From the sequence record PQ309151.1: DNA of 64,000 nt; one strand, given 5' to 3'. Shown here piece after piece: positions 19,271 to 26,792 of the stretch; position 1 is the stretch's first letter; every line of letters starts with the position of its first letter. The notes below the pieces were generated by a model, which was not told where the DNA came from, searched no databases, and was given only the letters and a program-made list of their open reading frames with translations. The position numbers and the translations under genes are program-made.

Positions 19271-19588
19271 TTATGCTATCGGGTTCACCAGCTTCGGCAT
19301 ATTGTTAACCACCAGCTTGGCGAAGTCATCGGTCAGTCGATACGTTCCATCGCCACGATAATTGGCGATTCCGTTCTCGACTAACCATTTGAGGGTCTCA
19401 TCGACAGGATCCGTAGAAAAGCCCCTTTCCAGGAACTTGTCTTTGATGCCTCGTTGATTCAGATACGTATCGAACATGATGTACCGAATGCAGCGAAGCT
19501 TGGCTTCTTCCGGCTTGGGCCGATGCCCGTACCTGGCACAAAGCTTTGCCAGTTCGATGATTTCTGGATCCTCTTTATTCAGAGACAT
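19271..19588 (-). CDS. putative winged-helix protein (array member 6)
   Basis: VDETLKWLVENGIANYRGDGTYRLTDDFAKL, a recognition helix plus wing pattern. Confidence 0.6.
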   Translation of the reverse strand: MSLNKEDPEIIELAKLCARYGHRPKPEEAKLRCIRYIMFDTYLNQRGIKDKFLERGFSTDPVDETLKWLVENGIANYRGDGTYRLTDDFAKLVVNNMPKLVNPIA

Positions 19589-19979
19589 CTTTCACCTCAG
19601 CCGAAGCCGACGTAGCCGGTTGCACCGGAGCAGCGTATTCCGCCAACAACTCCAACATGCTGTCGGTCAACACGTAACCCTTCTTCGTGGGATGGGCAAC
19701 GCCGTCGACATGCAGATCCACCAGCAGGTTGCTGATGTTCAGCTGCGGCATGAAGACATTGTTTTCACGCATTGCTTTCAGCAGCAGGTTTTCGTTGATG
19801 GGTTTGTTCTCACCCTTGTAAAGAGTGCGAACGATGAAACCCGATGCTGTGATGTTAGCATGCGTTGCCGGATTGCCTTTCTCAACACCCGACATCACAG
19901 ACTCTTCACTGCGAAAGCACGCCGCTGCCATGGACTGGATCCGTCGGAAGCCCTTGCTGTTTCGATCGATTTTTAGCAT
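19575..19979 (-). CDS. putative winged-helix protein (array member 5)
   Basis: ISNLLVDLHVDGVAHPTKKGYVLTDSMLELL. Confidence 0.6.
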   Translation of the reverse strand: MLKIDRNSKGFRRIQSMAAACFRSEESVMSGVEKGNPATHANITASGFIVRTLYKGENKPINENLLLKAMRENNVFMPQLNISNLLVDLHVDGVAHPTKKGYVLTDSMLELLAEYAAPVQPATSASAEVKDVSE

Positions 19980-20307
19980 TTTTAATTGCTACCTCAAAAA
20001 TAAGTTCTTTCATATCCTGCGTGAGGACGAACATGTTGCCAGGATGTTTCACCACCACACCATGTTCACTCAAAAACCGAAATACCTTTTTCACGTTGTA
20101 ATCGGTCGCACAAGAAACTTTGTTATGTCTCAGGTCAATTGCCACCTGAATGCAGTTATGGGGCTGGTCAGGAAAAACTACCAGTCGTTTTAAAACCAGG
20201 ACGTCCAAGTCGCCCCGAAAGCCGTCCACCATTGTTGCCTGTTGAGCCAATTCACGCATCTTCACGCATGCTTTGTTAAGCTTTGGTTTTTCTTTCAGGG
20301 TCGACAT
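19906..20307 (-). CDS. putative winged-helix protein (array member 4)
   Basis: Start MSTLKEK at 20307 with GGAGAGG SD. VKKVFRFLSEHGVVVKHPGNMFVLTQDMKELI. Confidence 0.6.
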   Translation of the reverse strand: MSTLKEKPKLNKACVKMRELAQQATMVDGFRGDLDVLVLKRLVVFPDQPHNCIQVAIDLRHNKVSCATDYNVKKVFRFLSEHGVVVKHPGNMFVLTQDMKELIFEVAIKNAKNRSKQQGLPTDPVHGSGVLSQ

Positions 20308-20315
20308 GACCTCTC

Positions 20316-20645
20316 CTAATGTACAGTCTGCGTCAGCAAATGAATGCTGTCGATCAACGTGGACATTTCCGGGTGAAGACGATACGACACATTCGGAAAT
20401 GCCGTCTTGGTTGCCAGGATGCCTTTTTGCATCAGATCGACACATGCGTCACGCAGCATGTCGGTCGTGTGGATGCTGTCGCAACCGTAGATACCGAACG
20501 CCATGTCTTGCAGCGTTTTGACTTCGGTACCTTTGTCTTTCAGGTAAAACACCACGCGATGCTGGGTATCCCAGTCATCTTGAGGTTTTGCGGCGATGAT
20601 GACGGCTTCTGCCAGTTGGCGACGCCACATTTTTTGTGCGTTCAT
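20316..20645 (-). CDS. putative winged-helix protein (array member 3)
   Basis: LRDACVDLMQKGILATKTAFPNVSYRLHPEMSTLI. Confidence 0.6.
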   Translation of the reverse strand: MNAQKMWRRQLAEAVIIAAKPQDDWDTQHRVVFYLKDKGTEVKTLQDMAFGIYGCDSIHTTDMLRDACVDLMQKGILATKTAFPNVSYRLHPEMSTLIDSIHLLTQTVH

Positions 20646-20648
20646 TCA

Positions 20649-21194
20649 TTATTCTCCGAAAGGATGTTTTTCGACGAGATTGGTCATGAGAGCAGCTGCT
20701 TCTTCACGAGTCAGTCTGCTCGACCCAACCCAAATATATTCCAGGCCAGGTTGGGTTTTTAGTAACCAATTAACGTTCTTGTAAAAGAAATGCAAGTCTT
20801 GCAGGGTAACGTCATTCCCTTTAACCTTGATGCTGATTTCAAAAAGTGCAGACGGTTTGTGTTTCAGTTTTTCAGCCAGAAGTTGCAAAAACTCAAAAGT
20901 CGGCTGATAGTACGTCGGGCGAGTTGTACGCATGGTGCCGCTCGGCTGCCAGGCTTTGAGAATGTCTTCTTTTTGCAAATCACTCAAAGCATTCTCGATC
21001 TCGCCCGTGCTGTAATGCGTATTCGCCTTCACGAGCGTAATGATTTCCTGCAACTCTCGTCCATGCTCGTTATTTGCAGGACGATAGACGGCGTTGCACA
21101 CCGCCTCTTCTACCGTCATTGCCTGAGTGATAACCGGCTCGACAGTCATGCGAATGAGGTTAGCGATGATCGGATTGCTTTTACTGTGTTTCAT
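20649..21194 (-). CDS. putative winged-helix protein with C-terminal extension (array member 2)
   Basis: EIENALSDLQKEDILKAW...YYQPTFEFLQLL. First gene after the promoter at 21246. Confidence 0.58.
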   Translation of the reverse strand: MKHSKSNPIIANLIRMTVEPVITQAMTVEEAVCNAVYRPANNEHGRELQEIITLVKANTHYSTGEIENALSDLQKEDILKAWQPSGTMRTTRPTYYQPTFEFLQLLAEKLKHKPSALFEISIKVKGNDVTLQDLHFFYKNVNWLLKTQPGLEYIWVGSSRLTREEAAALMTNLVEKHPFGE

Positions 21195-21245
21195 TTTGGC
21201 TCCATGAAAACGGAATTGTAAAGGTTACTACAGGTATTCACGACA

Positions 21246-21267
21246 ATTATATATTCGTGAAATAAAC
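21246..21267 (-). promoter_or_regulatory. phiKZ-type early promoter (TATATAAT)
   Basis: Minus strand GTTTATTTCACGAATATATAAT, immediately after the hairpin at 21274. Confidence 0.65.
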
Positions 21268-21273
21268 TGCATA

Positions 21274-21309
21274 ATCAATCCATCCTGGCGCAAGCCAGGA
21301 TGGATTGAT
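21274..21309 (-). terminator. terminator hairpin
   Basis: 16-bp perfect stem ATCAATCCATCCTGGC/GCCAGGATGGATTGAT, followed on minus by TATGCAGTTTATTT. Confidence 0.75.
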
Positions 21310-21313
21310 GGCG

Positions 21314-21637
21314 CTATGCTGCGATTTTAAAATTGCAAATACGGTCGATCTCCAGCCTCGTCCGCAAACGCAGACGCGACTCCTTATGCAGGCGTACGTG
21401 ATCGATGGAAAAGATACGACGTGCAACCACGTATCCTTCCGGTGTCACGAAGCGACTCTTCAGGTAACCCCGTTTTTCAAGAAGCTCCATCATCTCCATC
21501 AGTCCGTCGGAGCTCAGGCGACCCTGTGCGTCTCGGACGATATCGGACGAAGTCTTCTCAACCCCGTAAGGTGCTTTGAGAAGATCCAGGATCATCTCTT
21601 CTTGCACCGTTAATTTTTGTTGTTGGTCCAGTTCCAT
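21314..21637 (-). CDS. putative winged-helix protein (array member 1)
   Basis: LTVQEEMILDLLK...KTSSDIV...LSSDGLMEMMELLEKRGYLKSR, a MarR/PadR-like wHTH pattern. Confidence 0.65.
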   Translation of the reverse strand: MELDQQQKLTVQEEMILDLLKAPYGVEKTSSDIVRDAQGRLSSDGLMEMMELLEKRGYLKSRFVTPEGYVVARRIFSIDHVRLHKESRLRLRTRLEIDRICNFKIAA

Positions 21638-21664
21638 TTTCTAAGGTCTCGTAGATTGTTCTTG

Positions 21665-21841
21665 TTATGCGACCCGTGCGGTGTTGTTCATCGACTTCTG
21701 ATCACCGTGCCTGTTGCGGCTCGTGAGACCATTGGGATGAACATCCGATTTCTCGGTTTGTTTGATGTCCTGCGCTACCGCAGGGGAAATGGGAGACTCA
21801 GCTTTGAAGCTGCCCCATTTGGTTGTGCCGTTTCCTGACAT
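21665..21841 (-). CDS. 58-aa small protein (not in ORF track)
   Basis: Hand-translated MSGNGTTKWGSFKAESPISPAVAQDIKQTEKSDVHPNGLTSRNRHGDQKSMNNTARVA*. AAGGA upstream; fills the gap between genes. Confidence 0.55.
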   Translation of the reverse strand: MSGNGTTKWGSFKAESPISPAVAQDIKQTEKSDVHPNGLTSRNRHGDQKSMNNTARVA

Positions 21842-21934
21842 TTTTATTACCCGTCCTTACTGGTGAAAAACCACAGGATCAGCGAAAAAAAATATACCCG
21901 CCTCTTTCGAAGCGGGCTCTCCAGATAGAGCTAA

Positions 21935-22102
21935 TTACTTGCTCTTTTTAGCTGCCCTGCTTTTGCTGATGTGGGCTTCAATCCGCTTATCTTCTTCCAT
22001 CAGTTTGCGGGCTTGCTCCTGGGTCATGTGGTGCCGTTTCGCAATATCCTCATTGTGAGCGGCTGCTTGAAACAACTTCCTTTGACTCGGTGTATACGGC
22101 AT
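21935..22102 (-). CDS. small basic phage protein (MPxxS/T-xxQ...AAAHN type)
   Basis: MPYTPSQRKLFQAAAHNEDIAKRHHM. Start is GAGGAG-TTTTAAA-ATG at 22102. Recognised from memory as a widespread phage family of unknown function. Confidence 0.75.
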   Translation of the reverse strand: MPYTPSQRKLFQAAAHNEDIAKRHHMTQEQARKLMEEDKRIEAHISKSRAAKKSK

Positions 22103-22199
22103 TTTAAAACTCCTCAAGAAAAAGTGGGACCGACTTCTTGGAGTAAGCCGGTCCCTCGAACTTGCCAGGCTGAGGCTCCCGGCAATCCTTTACTTACTG

Positions 22200-23243
22200 C
22201 TACTGCTGTTCGCCATCCGGACCCGGATAGTCGATCATCGACTTGCGAATTCCATCTTCATTGACTGCAGGCGTCATCAGGTGGTCAACAAGCCCCTTCT
22301 TGAATTCCGCCACGAAGGCTTCAGGCGACTGATCGCTCGGTTTGAACTTGAAGAACGACGCGTCGACGTAAAGGTCGACAATGCGGGTGATGTTTTCACG
22401 ACGTTGCGCCAAAGCACGCGATTCGGAAGTATTGCCGTTTTCGTCGATCAGGGCGAAGTAATGTTTGTCGCCACGATGCTTGATTTCAGCCGCCTTGAAC
22501 TCGAACTCCTTGGGCATCCTGGAAGGAACCAGATTGCGTTCCACGATCCTGACCGTGCCGCCGACCAGCAGTTCTTGCAATTCGACTTCCCACGGACGAT
22601 CCTGACGGTTCGATTCGTACTCTTGTTCATTCCAGGTGACATGGATGCCCAGAGCCTTCATCTTCTCTGCGATGATGCCGCACAGAGCTGACTTACCCAC
22701 GCCTGTACGACCTTCGACGACTACACGGATATCGCCGCCGTTCAGGTAATCGCGCGACATGCCCAGATGGCCCATCACTGCAACGGTCCAGGCAACAGCA
22801 CCGTCCCAGATAACACGAGCATTCGCCGTATCGTAGTGGCCGTACTTGCCAGCCTTGTGCTTGTCTGGATGCTTGAAGTCGTAACGCTGTACGTCTTTGA
22901 TGAAATTCTGACGCAAAGCGAATGCTTCGAACGCCTGGGAATCGTCGACAATGATGTCCGGACCCATGTGAACCAGACCGACCTGCCAACCATACGGCTC
23001 GACCTTGACGCCGAGTTCCTTGCTGATGATCTTCGCTTCACGAACCGCCGCAGCTTCGGTTTCGTAATCGCGGTTATGAACCGCCATGCCGTTTTCATGG
23101 CGCGTATAGATACCGTAACCCTTGGTTTCCTGATCCGCACCTTCCATCTGGATTTCGATGGAGCCTTCGGGCGAACCATCTGCCACGTACTTCCACGGTG
23201 CGACTTGAATAGCGATAACTTTGCCCAGATCTTTGTTCGACAT
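22200..23243 (-). CDS. mosaic protein with P-loop-like segment
   Basis: IRVVVEGRTGVGKS Walker A. Start MSNKDLG at 23243; the track start 23306 lies in a terminator hairpin. Confidence 0.7.
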   Translation of the reverse strand: MSNKDLGKVIAIQVAPWKYVADGSPEGSIEIQMEGADQETKGYGIYTRHENGMAVHNRDYETEAAAVREAKIISKELGVKVEPYGWQVGLVHMGPDIIVDDSQAFEAFALRQNFIKDVQRYDFKHPDKHKAGKYGHYDTANARVIWDGAVAWTVAVMGHLGMSRDYLNGGDIRVVVEGRTGVGKSALCGIIAEKMKALGIHVTWNEQEYESNRQDRPWEVELQELLVGGTVRIVERNLVPSRMPKEFEFKAAEIKHRGDKHYFALIDENGNTSESRALAQRRENITRIVDLYVDASFFKFKPSDQSPEAFVAEFKKGLVDHLMTPAVNEDGIRKSMIDYPGPDGEQQ

Positions 23244-23272
23244 GTTGTAACCTTTTAAAAAGAGACATAGAC

Positions 23273-23302
23273 ATAGACAGATGCCTTCGGGCATCTGTCT
23301 AT
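23273..23302 (-). terminator. terminator hairpin
   Basis: 13-bp perfect stem ATAGACAGATGCC/GGCATCTGTCTAT. On minus the 3' arm ends TAT and continues GTCTATGTC. Confidence 0.75.
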
Positions 23303-23316
23303 TCACTTATCGACGA

Positions 23317-24543
23317 TTAGTCGTTGCTTTGCGGTTTACTGCGGACGATGCGCTTGGCAGCCGGCTTCTTGACAGGAGCCGATGCACGCGATGCAGCCTT
23401 CTTCGCCACCGGAGCCTTGGTGGTCGTGGACGATGCGCCGCCTTCGCCCAGCAGCGTCACCTTGTAGCCGAACTTCTCGGCGACGAACTGCGCTTGCTTC
23501 TGGTTCAGCCTGGTCGACATCATCGGGTTCTGCACGCCCGAACCCGCCACCATGCGGATGAAGAGAGCATGTTCGACCACGCCGAGCGAACGCATCAGTT
23601 GTTCAACCTTGATGGTCTTCGGAATGTCGATCGTCGGTTGCTTCTTGCCGACGCCAGCCAGACGACTGATCGCCTTCTTCAGTTCCGAGTCAGGCTTTAC
23701 GGCCATCTTGGACAGGTCCAGCTTCGACACCGGCGAAATGCCAACTGCCGCACTCGTCGGAGCAACAGTTTCCGACGAAGCCAGCGAAACGTCCAGACCC
23801 GACATCACAGCCATACCGGCTCCAGAAGACGACGAGATATCAGCACCGCCTTCGGTCTGTCCGCCTTCTGCGAAGCCCGCCATGGCCGTTTTAAGCCCTT
23901 CTGCGAACGTTCCTTGCTGGCCTTCGGTCAATACCTTCGTGTCTTTGAAGATCACGACCACGACCATGCCCAGCGGACCGACTTCCATGTACTGCACGCG
24001 GTCGACGTTTTCCGGATTTTCGTTGGCGTTGCCTTCTTCGACGCGAATGATTTCCTTCTGCTTCGTATCGTAGCCGACCCACACTGCCTTGGAGCTGACC
24101 TTGTGCAAGCCGTCGGATTGCGAAGCCTTCGGATCCGGATCACGGGTCGTGATGTCGTGTTCGACAACGAGACGACGCTTCCAGTACGAGACCGGAACTT
24201 CGACCGGCGTGTTGCTACCTTCTTCCGGTTCCATCTTGACCGAACGGATGGTCGGCGGGAAAACTTCGTTGACCATCTTGCCATTGATGAGTTCGAACAT
24301 CATGGCGTAATGCGGTTCCTGCGCCGAGCGAGCCTGGCCGTGGAAGACCGTCGGTTCGTCAGAGTTGAACGCGATTGCGTATTGCAGATACGGCAGTGCC
24401 GCGCCTTCTTCGCGGCCGATCGTGGTCGTGAGTTTCAGGCCCTGACGCAGGCAGGCAAAAGCCAACTGTTGCTGCATCGAGACGACGGTTGCGAATTGGC
24501 CGGTGACTTCCGGGGTGTTGGCGTTTTTGTTCAGGCTTTTCAA
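23317..24543 (-). CDS. hypothetical protein with C-terminal IF2-N-like domain and Lys/Ala-rich tail
   Basis: IPKTIKVEQLMRSLGV...MMSTRLNQKQAQFVAEKFGYKV resembles the IF2 N-domain repeat. Tail KAPVAKKAASRASAPVKKPAAKR. Strong GC3 bias. Confidence 0.7.
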   Translation of the reverse strand: MKSLNKNANTPEVTGQFATVVSMQQQLAFACLRQGLKLTTTIGREEGAALPYLQYAIAFNSDEPTVFHGQARSAQEPHYAMMFELINGKMVNEVFPPTIRSVKMEPEEGSNTPVEVPVSYWKRRLVVEHDITTRDPDPKASQSDGLHKVSSKAVWVGYDTKQKEIIRVEEGNANENPENVDRVQYMEVGPLGMVVVVIFKDTKVLTEGQQGTFAEGLKTAMAGFAEGGQTEGGADISSSSGAGMAVMSGLDVSLASSETVAPTSAAVGISPVSKLDLSKMAVKPDSELKKAISRLAGVGKKQPTIDIPKTIKVEQLMRSLGVVEHALFIRMVAGSGVQNPMMSTRLNQKQAQFVAEKFGYKVTLLGEGGASSTTTKAPVAKKAASRASAPVKKPAAKRIVRSKPQSND

Positions 24544-24554
24544 GGTAATGCTCC

Positions 24555-24887
24555 TCAGTTTTGATAGTGCAGGTCCGTCAGGCGAACGTATTTTTCGATG
24601 AACTGTTCGTCCGTGAGGATCTGGGTTGCTTCTTCAGTCACGACGATCCAGTCGCCCTTCTTGCAGAGGACGATCTGGTCATCGATCTTGAATTCGAGCT
24701 CAACGACAGGCTTGCCGATGAGACCAGTGAGTTTGCGGCTGGCGAGATGTTTGCAGAAAAGGAAGGGAATCTCGTCAGCATAGCCACGGTAGCGGAAGGC
24801 ATACACCTTCTGAACCGTCTTGGGGACGAAAGCATATTTCAGCATTTCGTCCTCTTCTTTCGTTGTCAAATAACGTTCTTGAGACAT
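24555..24887 (-). CDS. hypothetical protein (GDWIV / PGDYG-like family)
   Basis: ...CKKGDWIVVTEE...ILTDEQFIEKY pattern common in small phage proteins. Confidence 0.6.
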   Translation of the reverse strand: MSQERYLTTKEEDEMLKYAFVPKTVQKVYAFRYRGYADEIPFLFCKHLASRKLTGLIGKPVVELEFKIDDQIVLCKKGDWIVVTEEATQILTDEQFIEKYVRLTDLHYQN

Positions 24888-25114
24888 TACTCTCCCTTCA
24901 AGGGCGGAACGGTTTGATATTTGGCCAGATCATGAACGTACGTCAATATCTGGTCGTTGAGGCCGTGCAGGTAGTACATCAGAAAGACTGTACAGACCAT
25001 CACGATTGCGCCGCATGCGCTGATCCGCTTGCGGAAATACAACTCGTTGCAGAACAATACGAGACTGGTCAGCAACAAGAACCCGAGTGCGATGATGGCG
25101 AAGACTGCTAGCAT
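24887..25114 (-). CDS. small membrane protein (2 TM)
   Basis: Two hydrophobic segments separated by ELYFRKR. AGGAAG SD. First gene after the promoter at 25193. Confidence 0.75.
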   Translation of the reverse strand: MLAVFAIIALGFLLLTSLVLFCNELYFRKRISACGAIVMVCTVFLMYYLHGLNDQILTYVHDLAKYQTVPPLKGE

Positions 25115-25192
25115 TTTCCACTTCCTTTCTAATAACTCTTATCAACGGATTACGGACGCCAATTGCTTTTTATCTACAGGTTCATCACGTAA

Positions 25193-25214
25193 GTAATATA
25201 TCTCCGAAATAAAC
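25193..25214 (-). promoter_or_regulatory. phiKZ-type early promoter (exact TATATTAC)
   Basis: Minus strand GTTTATTTCGGAGATATATTAC, preceded by a C(UUCG)G hairpin at about 25231-25246. Confidence 0.75.
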
Positions 25215-25252
25215 TGCATAGCAACATACAGGGAGCCGAAGCTCCCCGTACG

Positions 25253-26263
25253 TTAGAACAGATCTTCAGAGAACAACGGCACAACTGCAACGCGAAAACC
25301 ACCCCAGCCAGCATCCTGATCTCGCAGAATACCACCCATCTTTTCTTCTTCCGGATGGAAAGCTTTCTGCTCATGCCGACCGAGATTCACAGCCATCTCA
25401 GGCGTGTCGACAATCATTCGGTTGTCAAGTGCCATGAGCATTGCACGATAGCGCGTAACGAAGTTGCCGTGGTTCGTCAGAAAACCCTGAATGATGCCGT
25501 CGTGACTACGACCAGCAACTGCTTCCTGGAACTCCTGAGACTGCAAAATGTGATGATGGCGATGTGGACGATCGACGTACCACACCACACCATCAAGATA
25601 ATTAGCAGCCGCAATCGGGTATTCGTTATCGATCGTGTTCGTCGCTTCCACTGCACGAACGATCGCCGAACCATAGTCACGCAACAGATTGAAGTTCGTC
25701 GAACTGAAGATCGCATTGCGCAGTTTGTGAAGAAGCGATACATCACTATCGTTCGGACTGAGTTCGAAGATCGTAACTTGCATCGCCGATTCAACGATCT
25801 GTGACCATTGGGTGTTGCCCTGAGTCCACTTGCGAGGACCTGTCACGATCGAGACAACCGCGCTGTCCAATTTCCAGAACACGCAGATGTAAAGAATGTC
25901 ATAGCCGAACAACTCACTACTCACCACATCCTTCCATTGCGTGCCGTCCATGATGACGAAATCTCGCCCGCGCTTGGTCGGATTCAGTTCCAGGAAATTA
26001 CCCAGGAACTGGACTGCACGAAGACACAGTTGTTCCGTCGTCTGAGGATTCACCTCGTAGACAGGACTCGACAACCCTTCGAGCCGATAGACGTATTTCG
26101 ACGCATGGACAAACCGGTAGATCAGTTCGCTTACCTTCGGACCCATTCCGACATTACCCGACGGGTTAGCTGCCCAATGACCAGCAGTTCCAGCCGGGTA
26201 ACGGAAGCTAGTCTTCTTTACGATTCCGCGTATCGGCATCGAGGTGGAGTTGTTTTGCGACAT
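25253..26263 (-). CDS. hypothetical protein with C-terminal RH...QGFLT...LFSEDL phage domain
   Basis: C-terminal PHRHHHIL...QGFLTNHGNFVTRYRAM...LFSEDLF motif of a widespread phage family, fused to about 200 extra N-terminal residues. Confidence 0.75.
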   Translation of the reverse strand: MSQNNSTSMPIRGIVKKTSFRYPAGTAGHWAANPSGNVGMGPKVSELIYRFVHASKYVYRLEGLSSPVYEVNPQTTEQLCLRAVQFLGNFLELNPTKRGRDFVIMDGTQWKDVVSSELFGYDILYICVFWKLDSAVVSIVTGPRKWTQGNTQWSQIVESAMQVTIFELSPNDSDVSLLHKLRNAIFSSTNFNLLRDYGSAIVRAVEATNTIDNEYPIAAANYLDGVVWYVDRPHRHHHILQSQEFQEAVAGRSHDGIIQGFLTNHGNFVTRYRAMLMALDNRMIVDTPEMAVNLGRHEQKAFHPEEEKMGGILRDQDAGWGGFRVAVVPLFSEDLF

Positions 26264-26723
26264 GAGGAGTATGCTTCCGATTGATCGCTTTACACCATGC
26301 GTTGTAGGCTTGCCGTGCTGCCGGGAAAGCGAACAATCCGCTGCGTACAGCTTTTGTTAGGGAGATGTGGCCTTTCATCGCCACTTCGAAATCGGCGAGG
26401 TTCTGCGCTTCGTTCGGGTTATACGGAAGCACACCCAGGCGATAAACCATGTCATGAACGAAGTCCACGAATTCAGGCTCAGGCCACCCCGTTCCACGGG
26501 CGACATCCATGAGAATGTCCTGGCGCCACTTCCATCCCATCAGATAGGCCATTGCGAAATAATTCTCGACCTTCGGATGGTTGGGATCTTCCTCGACAAC
26601 TGCTCCGCCATTGAAGCGAACCGCAACATCGCAGAGGTTCGCGAATTCATGACAGAAGCGCTGTTTGACTTCTTCCGACAACGGCGGGTTGTTGGTGTTG
26701 ACTTTGGCTTCTTTGTAAAACAC
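26208..26723 (-). CDS. hypothetical protein
   Basis: GTG start at 26723 with GGAGG SD; the track start at 26780 crosses the terminator hairpin at about 26752-26776. Confidence 0.7.
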   Translation of the reverse strand: MFYKEAKVNTNNPPLSEEVKQRFCHEFANLCDVAVRFNGGAVVEEDPNHPKVENYFAMAYLMGWKWRQDILMDVARGTGWPEPEFVDFVHDMVYRLGVLPYNPNEAQNLADFEVAMKGHISLTKAVRSGLFAFPAARQAYNAWCKAINRKHTPHVAKQLHLDADTRNRKED

Positions 26724-26792
26724 GGTTCGCCTCCAAATGAAGCAAAAAAAATGGTGAGAGGATTTCCCTCTCACCACCAACGCGCTTCTCGC

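Noticed and set aside
24555-24887. Known anti-defence sponge (Tad2/Acb2-type)
   Set aside because: Only a generic GDWIV…F..KY pattern is visible. The characteristic N-terminal motifs I remember for those families are absent, so the assignment is unsupported without an HMM search.
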